64,000 bases of DNA from contig NC_086107.1 in NCBI RefSeq assembly GCF_963921235.1, positions 92,754,001 through 92,818,000 on the forward strand, given 5' to 3'. Positions 13,074 to 24,580 of the stretch are shown in pieces. Under the pieces are notes generated by a model. It saw only the letters and a program-made list of their open reading frames with translations. It did no database searches and was not told the DNA's origin. This DNA comes from Mobula hypostoma (taxonomy: Eukaryota). The position numbers and the translations under genes are program-made. The stretch's first letter is position 1. Each line of letters begins with the position of its first letter.

Positions 13074-13973
13074 AAACATAGAATGTAGAATGCCAGTACA
13101 GGCACAGTACAGGCCCATCGGACCACAATGTTGTGCCGACCCTCAAACCCTGCCTCCCATATAAACCCCCACCTTAGATTCCTCCATATACCTGTCTAGT
13201 AGTCTCTTAAATTTCACTAGTGTATCTGCCTCCACCACTGACTCAGACAGTGCATTCCACGCACCAACCACTCTCTGAGTAAAAAATCTTCCTCTAATAT
13301 CCTCCTTGAACTTCCCACCCCTTACCTTAAAGCCATGTCCTCTTGTATTGAGCAGTGGTGCCCTGGGGAAGAGGCGCTGGCTATCCACTCTATCTATTCC
13401 TCTTATTATCTTGTATTCCTCTATCATGTCTCCTCTCATCCTCCTTCTCTCCAAAGAGTAAAGCCCTAGCTCCCTTAATCTCTGATCATAATCCATACTC
13501 TCTAAACCAGGCAGCATCCTGGTAAATCTCCTCTGTACCCTTTCCAATGCTTCCACATCCTTCCTATACTGAGGCGACCAAAACTGGATACAGTACTCCA
13601 AGTGTGGCCTAACCAGAGTTTTATAGAGCTGTATTATTACATCGCGCCTCTTAAACTCTATCCCTCGACTTATGAAGGCTAACACCCCATAAACTTTCTT
13701 AACTACCCTATCCACCTGTGAGGCAACTTTCAGGGATCTGTGGACATGTACACCCAGATCCCTCTGCTCCACCACACTACCAAGTATCCTGCCATTTACT
13801 TTGTACTCTGCCTTGGAGTTTGTCCTTCCAAAGTGTACCACCTCACACTTCTCCGGGTTGAACTCCATCTGCCACTTCTCAGCCCACTTCTGCATCCTAT
13901 CAATGTCTCTCTGCAATCTTCGACAATCCTCTGCACTATCTACAACACCACCAACCTTTGTGTCGTCTGCAAA
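13074..13973 (-). mobile_element. Young 5'-truncated CR1 LINE with uninterrupted ORF2 C-terminus (RT motif onward)
   Basis: KFADDTKVGG...WQMEFNPEKC...LVRPHLEYC...FFTQRVVGAWN open for about 280 codons; CTT duplication at 13071-13073 and 13974-13976; the host element rejoins across it. Confidence 0.95.
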
Positions 13974-14164
13974 CTTGCCAGCATTTACAGGAAAAAAGAA
14001 ATACGGATGAATTTCATGAAAAGCTGTACATAAACAGACAAAGGCCGACAAACAACCAATGTGCAAAAGACATTGTGCAAATAAACGCAATACTGAGAGC
14101 ATCCACCTCCCGTGCAAAATGTCCTTTGTTGAAACTTGATTTGAAGAAGACCATGTTAACTCTT

Positions 14165-14635
14165 CATAATTGCCTTAGGAGGATAGGCTGAGTGAGCTGA
14201 GGCCTTTCTCTTTGGAGTGAAGGAGGATGAGAGGCGACTTGATGGAGGTGTACAAAATGGAAAGAGGCATACATGGAGTGGAGAGACAGAGACGTTTCCC
14301 AGAGTGGAAATAGCTGATACGAGGTGACATAGTTTTCATGTGAGTAGAGAGTATGGGGGTGGGGGGGGGCGATATTAGAGGTAATTATTTTATACAGAGT
14401 ATGGTGGATTCATGGAATGTCTTGCCAAGGGTGGTTAGAGAGGCAGATACATTATGGCCATTTAAGAAGCACTTAGATAGGCTCATGGGTGATAGAAAAT
14501 GGAGGGGTATATGAGAGGGAAGAGTTACATTGATATTAGAATAGGTTAAAATGTCAGCACAATATGGTGGGCCAAAGTGCATGTACTGTTCTATGATCTT
14601 TGTTCAATGTTTTATGCTCTATGTTCTATGTTCTG
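14165..14635 (+). mobile_element. CR1 LINE 3' fragment (old)
   Basis: Degenerate RRMRGDL..VYK region and TGTTCTA tail. Confidence 0.8.
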
Positions 14636-15434
14636 TAATTGTCTCTCAGACAAAAGCTGGTGTATTTGTAGGAGGTTATTGTGCACAGACTGGTTCATAC
14701 AGAAGAGAAGGAGACATTTGGCCAATTGAGGAAAGCTGTTTCATCTCACTGGAATCCAATCAAGTCGCTCGTACTCCCTTAGTCTTCTCCCTCAGTTGTG
14801 TGAGTTAGTTATCCAGATAACTATTGAAATCTTCCGTGGAGCATCAAGGCCAGATGAAGTGGTTGAGGCAAGCAGTCAGCTGAATTTAAATTCTGTGTAG
14901 GCTGCTGTAACAGAGCTCTGGATTGTGAATTCGTGGCTTGATCTCATGTGGATGCTTCTGAGATGGGTGTGGGACGCAATCCTTGTCATTCTGCAACCTC
15001 TGAATGTTCAGATAAAAGAATATCCTTTACTAATTCTGCCAGTGTTAGGAGCCAAGTTAGACTTAATGAAGAAACAGGGATGACTGGAAATTCTTAAAAA
15101 TCTATTGAATTTAGAACATGGAACACAGAACAGTACAGCACAGGAACCAGCCCTTCAGTCTACAAAGTCTGTGCTGAACATGATGCCAAATTAAACCATT
15201 AGCAATACCTCACACTTGCCTGAGTTGAACTCAATCTGCCATTTCTCTGCTCATACCTGCACCTGACTTTTTCCTGCTGTAATAGAGAAAGGAACTAGTA
15301 GAAATCAGTGGGTCGAAAAGCACCTGTGGAGGGAAATGGACAGTCGATGTTTCTGGACCGGAACCTATATCATCTGCAATCTCTTGTGAATCTGCATCAT
15401 CAGAATCAGAATCAGGTTTATTGTCACTGACATA

Positions 15435-15981
15435 CCATACTATGCAAAAGTCTTAGGCACACACATATATCCCTAGAGTGCCTAAGACTTCTGCGCAGCA
15501 CTGTAGTAATTTTATGCATTGCACTGTATTGCTACTGCAAAAAAAATCAGATTTGATGACATATGTGAGTGATGATAAACCTGATTTGGAAACGGGTCTC
15601 TTTTGTAGACTGAGAGTGGGAAGGGGGCAGGAAGAGTGGAACCATGGCTGGGAAAAGGGAAGGGAGAGGGAAGGGAGCAGGAAGCACCAGAGAGATATTC
15701 TGTAAAAATCAATAAAACAATTGTTTGGAATCAAATAACCTTGCCTGGTGTCTCAGGGCTGGGTCTGTCTGCCACCCGCATCATCCCCCACCCCTAGCAC
15801 TCCTTCTCTGCCACCTGACCCACACCCCTCCCACAGCGCTCCACCCTCACCACTCCCAACATCCTTTGCTCCCGCCAGATTTACAAACTTGTCAATGCTC
15901 CTCGTGGACAAATACAGTACTGTGCAAAAGTCTTAGGCACCCTAGGTGTATATATGTGCCCAAGACTTTTGCACAGTACTG
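15435..15981 (+). mobile_element. Composite non-autonomous Tc1/mariner-type element, copy A: mini-MITE (15435-15503) + cargo + mini-MITE (15915-15981)
   Basis: TIR CAGTACTGTGCAAAAGTCTTAGGCAC on each mini-MITE, TA flanks; the host tail CTGACA-TA-TGTTGTGAAAT rejoins across the whole unit. Confidence 0.85.
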
Positions 15982-15983
15982 TA

Positions 15984-17245
15984 TGTTGTGAAATGTATTG
16001 TTCTGCGGCAGCAGTACAACATAAATAAACAAATGAATAAGTGAATAAATAAACAGATAGATAGGCAGATAAATAAACAAGTAGTGCAAAGGAGGAATAT
16101 TGAGGTAATAGTGAAAGACCATTCAGCAATCTGATGCAGAAGGGAAGAAACTGGCTGGGGCGGAGCGAAGTGAGGATGGCGCTAAACGGCGACTCCTCTG
16201 CTTGCATCTTCGGAAACTGTTCTATTTCCATCTTTAATGTCTCTATTTTTCCTTTTCAGGGTTCTTTTGAAGACCCTGACCTGGAGTTACATGCTGACTA
16301 CACTTCTTTGCAGGAATGGGACCGGCTCTCGGGTTTTCATAACAGGCCACTGTTCGGCACACCAAGGGCTCGGCCTAAGAGTTCGGCTCGTCTTTGGAGG
16401 CCTAGGATCTCGGAGCTCTGGAGACGGGCAGATCGAAGGTCGGTATCCCGGACTGGTGTGTCATGGGAGCTGGAAGGTCTTTGACTGTGTGCCCAGAGAC
16501 TTGAGATCTTTGGGCACAGAGCTTGAAAAAAGCGAGGCAGGAGACTTTTAAAATCATAAACCAGCGAGTTGTTTGTTATGTCTCCCCTCTTGCTGTGAAA
16601 ATGGAGAGACTTCTTTCTCCCTTATTAGGAAAGGAGAGCCTGTGATATGTTGAAAACCGGGTGAACAAGTAGTCTTTGGAGTACTGCAAGTCTGTGTCTT
16701 TGCTATCGCTTTGCTCGTGCAGATGCCAATGCTTTTTTGCCAGTGGCAAGAGGGGGGTTGTTGCTTGCTACCGCTTAAACTTGGAGGGATGGGGGGAGAA
16801 TTTGGGGTTCTAACATTTAGCTGTCCTTTATCCTTTGGGGCACTCCTCTTTTTTCATGGATGGTTGTGAAGAAAAAGTATCTCAGGATGTATTTTGTGTA
16901 CATTTCTCTGACATTAAAATGTACCTTTGAGACTGTTCCTAAAGTATTGAGTGTGTGTCTTCAGACTCCTGACTACTAGCTCCTCCCTGATGGTAGTTAT
17001 GAGAAGAGGGTACGAACTGGTTGGTGAGGGCCCTTAATGCCTCCCTGAGGCATCGCCTTTTAAATATGTCCTCAATGGTAGGGAGGGTTGTGCCTGTGAG
17101 GGAGCTGGCTGAGTCGACATCCTTCTGCAGCCACTCGCGATCCTTCGCATTGGTCCCTCTGTACCAGAGAGTGATGAAACCAGTCAGAATGCTCTCCCTA
17201 GTACACCTATCAAAACCTGCTGACGTCTTTGGTGACATACTAAAT
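15984..17245 (-). mobile_element. Rex1/Babar LINE 3' portion (tail at ~15400-15432), host of two insertions
   Basis: ORF 16939-17238 (ESILTGFITLWY...LPTIEDIFKRRCL) matches the Rex1/Babar ORF C-terminus; (GATTCT)n tail. Confidence 0.8.
16154..16928 (+). mobile_element. ~775-bp non-coding non-autonomous retroposon
   Basis: GC-rich head (GAGGATGGCGCT), 3' end ATTAAAATGTACCTTT; imperfect TSD GAAACTG/GAGACTG; host GAAACTG-TTCCTAAAG rejoins; related 3' half at ~4000-4470. Confidence 0.7.
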
Positions 17246-17522
17246 CCTGCGGTATCACTTGAGAACCTTCTTCGCCATCTGTAACTCCAACAATTTTTGT
17301 GTTGTCTTTTAACTTATCCCACCTATGGTTTCATCCAAGTCATCGATACACATCACAGACAACAGAGGTCCTAATACTAATCCCTGCAGAACACCACTGG
17401 TTATGGACCTCCACCACGACACTCTGTCTCCTATGGGGAAGCCAATACTGAATCCAAAGTCCCAAGTCAACATGGATTCCATGTATCTTGGTCTTCCAGA
17501 TCAGCCTACCATGAGACAACTT

Positions 17523-18032
17523 ATAGAAACATAGAAAAACCTACAGCACAATACAGGCCATTTGGCCCACAAAGCTGTGCTGAACATGTCCTTACCTTAG
17601 AAATTACCTAGGGTTACCACTAGTTCTGTGTTTTTCTAAGCTCCATGTACCTATCTAGGTGTCTCTTAAAAGACCCTGTCATATCTGTCTCCACCACTAT
17701 TGCCGGCAGCCCATTCCACGCACTCACCACTCTCTGCGTAAAAAACTTACCCCTGATAGCTCCTCTGTACCTACTTCCAAGCACCTTAAAACTGTGCCCT
17801 CTTGTACTAGCCATTTCAGCCCTGGGAGAAAGCTTCTGACTATCCACACAATCAATGCCTCTCATCATCATATTCACCTCTATCAGGTCACCTCTCATCC
17901 TCCTTCACTCCAAGGAGAAAAGGCCGAGTTCACCCAACCTATTCTCATAAGGCATGCTCCCCAATGCAGGCAACATCCTTGTAAATCTTCTGCACCCTTT
18001 CTATGGTTCCCACATCCTTCCTGTAGTGAGGC
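17523..18032 (-). mobile_element. CR1 LINE 3' fragment
   Basis: ORF 17620-17898 MRGDLIEV...FFTQRVVSAWN and CR1 tail. Confidence 0.92.
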
Positions 18033-18789
18033 TTGAATGTCTTGCTAAAGTCCAAGCATAACATTAGAAAGTGGGAATAGGAGTAGGCCATTTGGCCCCT
18101 CGAGCCTGACTTTCAACGTGATCATAGCTAATCTGACCAAGACCTCATCTCCTCTTCTGTGTCAGTCTGCAATTCCTGATTCTGCAGATTGATGTCCTCC
18201 TTAAATGCACAGGTAGCCTCCATGGGCTTCTGAGGTAGAGAATTCTCGACCAAGGCACACAAAATGCTGGAACTCAGCAGGTCAGGCAACATCTATGGAG
18301 AGGCCTCAGCCCGATACGTTGACCGTTCATTCTTCTCTTTAGATGCTGCTTGACCCATTGAATTCCTCCAGCATTTTGTGTTGTTGCTCTGGATTTCGGG
18401 CACCTGCAGAATCTCTTTTGCTTCTGAATTCCAGAAATGTATTCCCAGAGATTTTCCTCCTTCAAAGGTGCTTTGGGTTCTGCAGAGCACTGGGTCCTGA
18501 ACCTATCAGGCACACAACCCACCCCACTGTCAAGGACACCTTCAATAGGCAGAACATTGGGGAGGTGATACAGTACAGGAGCCTGAAGACCCATCCTCAA
18601 AGATTCAGAAACAGCTTCTTCCCCTCCACCAGCAGGATTTGAATGGTCCATGAACCCATGAACACTACCTCACTATTCATTCTCTTTCTTATTTTGTAAA
18701 TTATGCTGATTTTATGTAATTGTACTGTACTGCTGCAAAAGTAAGTGATAGTAAAGATGATTCTGATCTTACAAATGCTCCGAAATCCT

Positions 18790-19225
18790 TTCCATCATCT
18801 GCGAGGTTCTGACCGTGTTGGGAGGTACGATTCAATGCTTGGGTGAGGGCAGCTCCAACAACACTCAAGGAGTCCGACACTATCCGACCACTCAGCTGGC
18901 GCTCAATGCACCACCGTACGTAATCCCCTTCACCGCTGGCACGCGCAAAGTGAGCACTACAAAATGCAACCACCTCCCCCCCCAACTACGATTACTCCAA
19001 CAGCACCTCCTGAACCCAGACAAAGGCACCACCTGTGGATTTCCTCCCAGGTCATACACCTTCCTGACTTGGAAACATATCATGTACGTTGGATCTAAAT
19101 GCACATCTCCCCAACATCTCTGCGGGAGCACCTTCAACAGGGCAGCACTTCAAACCTGAAGCTCGCCACCACCATGTCAAGGACCAATAAGGGATGGGCA
19201 ATAAATGCTGGTCTTGTCAGTAACA
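18790..19225 (+). mobile_element. Old CR1-group LINE 3' end (different family)
   Basis: AWVRAAPTTLKESDTI remnant and GGGATGGGCAATAAATGCTGG 3' UTR. Confidence 0.6.
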
Positions 19226-19460
19226 TCCAGATACAGATCCAGATTGAGATCCAAATTCAGACTCAGATTCAGATCCAGATCAAGTTCCAGATTCAGATCC
19301 CAATTCAGATCCCGATTCAGATCCAGATCCAGTTCCAGATTCTGATCCAGATCCGGATTCAGATTCAGAACCTGATCCACATCCAGATTCAGATCCCGAT
19401 CCAGATCCAGATCCAAAATCCAGATCCAGATACAGGACCAGATTAAGATTCAGATTCATT
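19224..19460. repeat. (CAGATY)n hexamer tandem repeat
   Basis: Long run of CAGATC/CAGATT units; gives the spurious QIQIQI and DLDLDL ORFs. Confidence 0.95.
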
Positions 19461-22034
19461 TATTTATGACATACAGATGGAAACATAGTGAATTGATTCG
19501 TTTGTGTTAACAACTAATGCAACCTAAGAAGGTGCTGAGGGCAGCCCTCAAGTGTGGCCACACAGTCCAGCACCAACGTAGAATGCCCACAATGCTCTGC
19601 AGAACAACGCAAGCAAAACAGCAACAAAACAACAACAGCAATACAAGCACCATTCCTCCCTCCCTCCCTCTCACTCGCCCACCTACCCACACACACAGTC
19701 CTCCAACCCCAGGACAGGCTGTCTCCAGGCCTCCAGCCTATTGCTCTGTGGGCATGCTATGTTGATGCGGGAATTTGTGTTGACCCTTTGTACGTATACC
19801 CATGACTATAATCTTGAACTTGTTTAATAGTTCATTTTTGAGGACTTTTTTCCTCAAAAAACGAGTTAATAAAACAGGTTCAGGTTTAAATTTGTTACCA
19901 TGGGCATACTTACACAGGGTATAAGCGCGGTGAAAATCAGCCTTTTGCAGCAACAGCACAATACATTTCAAACACGACAAATGTAAAATATATGAAGTTA
20001 AATTTACATAAATTATACACAACCTACACAACAAGATAAACAAAAATAAACATAGCAATGCTAGTGCAAGCAAAAAGAAAAATAGCCCGAGGTAGAATGA
20101 GGGATTTTCACGTTGTTTCAAGAACCTGCTGGCAGTAGGGAAGAAGTTGTTGTTGAACCTTGAGGTGTTGGTCCTCAGGATCCTGTACTTTGTGCCTGAT
20201 AGTAGCATGGAGAAGGGCATGGTCCGGATGGTGAGGGTCCTTATTGATGGGCGTCATCTTCCTGAGACATTGCCCCCTGTAGATGGTAGGGAGAACAGCA
20301 GCCCTAATGGAACTGGCTGAGACTCACACACCACAGATGCTGCCTGCGTTCCTCCGGCACTTTGTGTGCATTGCTCAAGATCTCCAGCATCTGCGACGTC
20401 TCTGGTGTCCAACAATGTCTGTAGTCTCTGGTGTACTGGAGTTCTCACACCAATGCAAGAGGTTTCCGTGAACAAGAGTGTTAGAGTGAAGGGCAAGTGG
20501 TTTTGAGGGGATCTGTTGAGGAACTGTTTAGAGGGTGGTTAGAATCTGGAGTGCACAGCCTGAGGGGTGGTGGAGGCAACAATTCTCACAACATCAAAGA
20601 AGTGTTTATTCAAGCATATGAATCACCAAAGCAGAAATGGCTACAGTCCAAAGACCAACTGTGTCCAGCTGTGTAGACACTATGGGCAAGAAAACTCACC
20701 AATCCTTCTACCTCCTCAGAAGGTTAGGGAAACTCAGCATGTCCCCGATAGCCTTCACCTATTTTCATAGATCATCATAGCTTGTCACACCAGACAGCAC
20801 TTTTATAGATGCGCCGCAGGAACTATCCCATCCGGATACGTCGTGGTTCGGTATGGCACTTGCTCTGGGCAGGAACACAAGAAACAGCAGACGGAAGCTT
20901 TTGCTTGGGTGCCGTCCAGACAGATCATTCCATACATAATTACAGTGTGTTGGTGTAAAGGGTAGCAGAATGTGGCATTTTAATCACACTGACCAACCTC
21001 CCCACCGCAGACTCTGTGTCGACACGTTCCACTGCCTCGGTATAAAGCAGACAATGTAATCAAACCCACCCCTCTTGTCTCGTATCTTCCATCGGACAAA
21101 AGGTACAAAAATCTGAGAACACGTAACCACCAGCCTCAAGGACTCCTGAATGTACCTCTGGCATGCTGAAAGATGAACTCTTCCCCTCACACTCCCCCTC
21201 ATTGTGGCCCCTTCATTTTATTTGTCTGCCTGCACTGCACTTCATCTGTAACTGTTACACTCTATTCTGCCTTCTGGCTTCCTTTTTGTACTTGGGTATG
21301 GAATGACGCAAGGACAACAAATTTCACGACGTATGCCGGTGATATTTAACCTGTTTCTGATTCTGATTCTGATCTGTTTGGATGGCAGACACAAGCAAAA
21401 GGTTTTCTCCACATGAAAGTCAAAGCCAAAGTAATTTTATTATCCAGGAACTTGTATGTCACCATTTACTACTTTGAGATTGATTTTCTTGCAGCCACTT
21501 ACTGGAAAATGAAGAAAAACATCAGAATTTATGTAGAACTGTAAATAAACAAGGAATGACAAACAACCGAAGTGGAAAATATCGTGATACCTGTGACCAT
21601 AATAAACCAATACCAATCCTACGTGTGACCAGTACAGTTGGGCACTTGATGGTTGGCATGGATATGATGGGCCAAAGGGCCTGTATAATTCCATGGGACC
21701 AGGGCTTGGGGAGAAGGGTGAAGGGAGGGGAAAAGACCCAATCTCGTTTCCCGCTCCCTTGCCCTACGGACAATCTCACTTTGGTCCGTGCTCTCCTGCG
21801 ATGGATGGGCAGAGACGGGCTTGTCAGCCAGAGCTCCCCCCTCCCCTGCAGATCTCAGCCTGCTCCAGCAGGCAGCAAGCGGCGGCTGGCACGCAGTGCA
21901 GTTTGTTGAACAACAAGCCCTTGCCCCCTGCATCAGGGACGCTGTGCAGACATTAACTCATTAAATTAGGTTTTAAAATTCACAGCCACCACAGAGGGCA
22001 TCTCTGTAGCAGGCTGTCAGCTGAACAGGCTTAC

Positions 22035-22101
22035 CTTTTCTCCGTAGACGAACCCAGCCTTTTGAACCTGCCTCAGCAAGCTGCAGATCCATATTTAACA
22101 T
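22035..22101 (-). CDS. Possible first coding exon of an unidentified host gene (MLNMDLQLAEAGSKGWVRLRRK, phase 1)
   Basis: ATG at 22101 or 22092 (aatATGG context), upstream in-frame stop, consensus donor AG|GTAAG at 22035/22034, inside a TE-free island; no homology recognised. Confidence 0.2.
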
Positions 22102-22320
22102 CTTGCTAGTTAATAGCTTATTGACGTTTAGTTATTTTAGCTGCAAAGGAGAGATCTCACCTTCCCTCCCTTGGCCTTCCCTCTCCTCGTGGGAATGCAC
22201 CTCGTGCTCGATGTCATTCTGTTTCTAGTTTACCCCATACAACCATACTGTCAAGCTATTCCACTGCAGTAGGCAGTGCGCTGGGGTCTAGAACGGTTCT
22301 CGTTCCGCTGCCTGCACAGG

Positions 22321-23062
22321 CGGGGGTATTAATGAGAGGTGTCTGACAAGGGTATTAATGAGAAGGTCTGGCAGGGGTATCATTGAGAGGTGTTTGGCAA
22401 TGGTATTAAAGAGAAGGGTCTGGCAGGTGTATTAATGACAGGAGTCAGGTGAGGGTATTAATGAGAGGGTTCAGGAGGGGTATTAATGAGAGGGTCTGGC
22501 AGGCGAACTAGCAAGAGGGTTCTGGCAATGGTATTAATGAGAGGGATTTTAATGAGAACTAGCAGGGGTATTATTGAGAGGGGTCAGGAGGGGGTATTAA
22601 TGAGAGTGGGTCTGGCAGGGTATTAATGGGAGGGGTCTGGCAGGGGTATTAATGAGAGGCATCAGGAGGGGCTATTAATGAGAGAGGGTCTGGCAGGGTA
22701 TTAATGGGAGGGGTCTGGCAGGGGAATTAACAAGGAGGGTCTGGCAGTGGTATTAACGAGAGGGATTTTAATGAGAACTAGCAGGGGTATTAATGAGAGG
22801 GATCAGGAGGGGCTATTAATGAGAGAGGGTCTGGCAGGGTATTAATGGGAGGGGTCTGGCAGCAAGGAGGGTCTGGCAGTGGTATTAACGAGAGGGATTT
22901 TAATGAGAACTAGCAGGGATATTAATGAGAGGGTGTTGGCATGGGTATTAATGAGAGTGGTCTGGCAGGGCAATTGGCAAGAAGGGTCCAGCAGTGGTAT
23001 TTAATGAGAACTAGCAGGGATATTAATGAAAGAATGTTGGCAGGGGTATTAATGAGGGAGTC
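22321..23062. repeat. G-rich minisatellite, ~26-bp unit GGGGTATTAATGAGAGGGGTCTGGCA
   Basis: Roughly 28-30 degenerate units with a higher-order duplication (22663.. repeated at 22804..). Confidence 0.95.
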
Positions 23063-24580
23063 TGAGTGAGAGGAGAACTGCCCAATCCTGTTTTTCCCTC
23101 AATAGACGTTGCTTTGTCCCCATCATCAGGCTGGAATCGACCAACTAACCCAGTTTGGGATTGGATTATAGAAGATGGACCAGTACAGTACAGGAACAGG
23201 GTCTTCGGCCTACAATATCTGTACTGAGTTAAACTAAATCCCTTCTCCCTGCACGTGATCTATATCTCCCTATTCCCTCCACATTCATGTGTCTAACAGT
23301 CTCTTAAACATATCTGCTTCAGAATTAATCTGGTTACCTTTTTTTTCTGCTGAGACGACTGTTTAGATATTTTCGTTTAAGCATTATTTTCTTTTGAAAA
23401 AAATTGAATCAAAAGGAACTTAAATTAATACCCAAAGTACAGACAAAATGCTGGTGTCATGGTCCCAACTTAACAGCGGCAGGCATCCAACTTTCAGTGA
23501 TCCAATTCCCCAGCGTATGGTTAGCTGCCACTGTCCAGTTAAGTTTCAGACAGCCAATTATTGCCTGCCACATCCCTTCATGGGAAGTCTGTACTTATAG
23601 GCCTTATGCTGAGCACTCAGTACTCAATCATAGGAGTTCCATTTCTAGTGCTACTGTTTGTGATTTTGTCTTTGGATTTCATTTGTGTTGTCTTGTTTAG
23701 TCTAATTCTAGACCCTAATCTGCACCACAAACAAGACGTGCTGGAAGTCCAAGCAACACACACAAAATGCTGGAGGAACTCTGCATGCCTGGCAGCATCT
23801 ATGGAAAAAAATACGGTTGATGTTTCGGGCCAAATCCTGCACTGGGGCTCACCGCCATCCATAGCTCTCTCGTTACAGCTGGAGGTACTCAGCAGGTCAG
23901 GCAGTGTCAATGGAGGGGGATAGGCAGTTGTGTTGGTGCTGAGATCCATCAGCAGGACCTCAGAAAATTCCCCAGTCCATGTGCTGCCCATCGCTTGTGA
24001 AATGTCTCGCGGCTGCGGGAGGGCACCTCAGCCAGAGAGACAAGGGTTCAGTGCTGGCATCCAGTTCTGCCCATTGTGGATTGCCTCATTCTCCCTGCCC
24101 GGGATTCCTCCAGATGCTCCAGTTTCCACCTGAACCCCAAAAACATGCCTTGAAAGGATTAGAGTTAAAGATTGGCTTTATTTATCACATGTACGTCGAA
24201 ACATGCAGTGACATGCGTCATTTGCATCAAGAACCAACACAGTCCGAGGATGTGCTGGGGGCAGCCTGCAAGTGTCACCACACTTACCGCGCCAACGCCA
24301 ACGTAACATGCCCACAACTTAATAACCCTTATCCATACAGGAGGGACCAAAAGCCTTAGGCATGTATACATGCAGCTAGGCTGCCTAAGACTTTTACACA
24401 GTACTGTATTTGTCAATGTGGAAAGGAGAGCAAGTTTGTAAATCTGGCGGGAGCAAAGGATACTGGTGGAGTGTAATAGGTATGGGAGAGGTGGCAGAGA
24501 AGAAGTGCCAGGTGTAGGGGGTGGCACAGGTACAGACACACCTGGCCCTGAGACACCAGGCAAGCTTATTTGATTCCAAA

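Noticed and set aside
13143..14117. 324-aa ORF as a host gene
   Set aside because: Chimeric: the first ~46 residues come from the flanking host repeat and the rest is truncated CR1 ORF2.
19099..19446. QIQIQI / DLDLDL repeat proteins
   Set aside because: Translation of a hexamer tandem repeat; no splice or homology support.
21984..22003. CTCF site (GCCACCACAGAGGGCATC)
   Set aside because: Spacing does not fit the core consensus without an indel.
22321..23062. CRISPR-like array
   Set aside because: Units are contiguous and degenerate with no unique spacers, the context is eukaryotic, and no cas genes are present.
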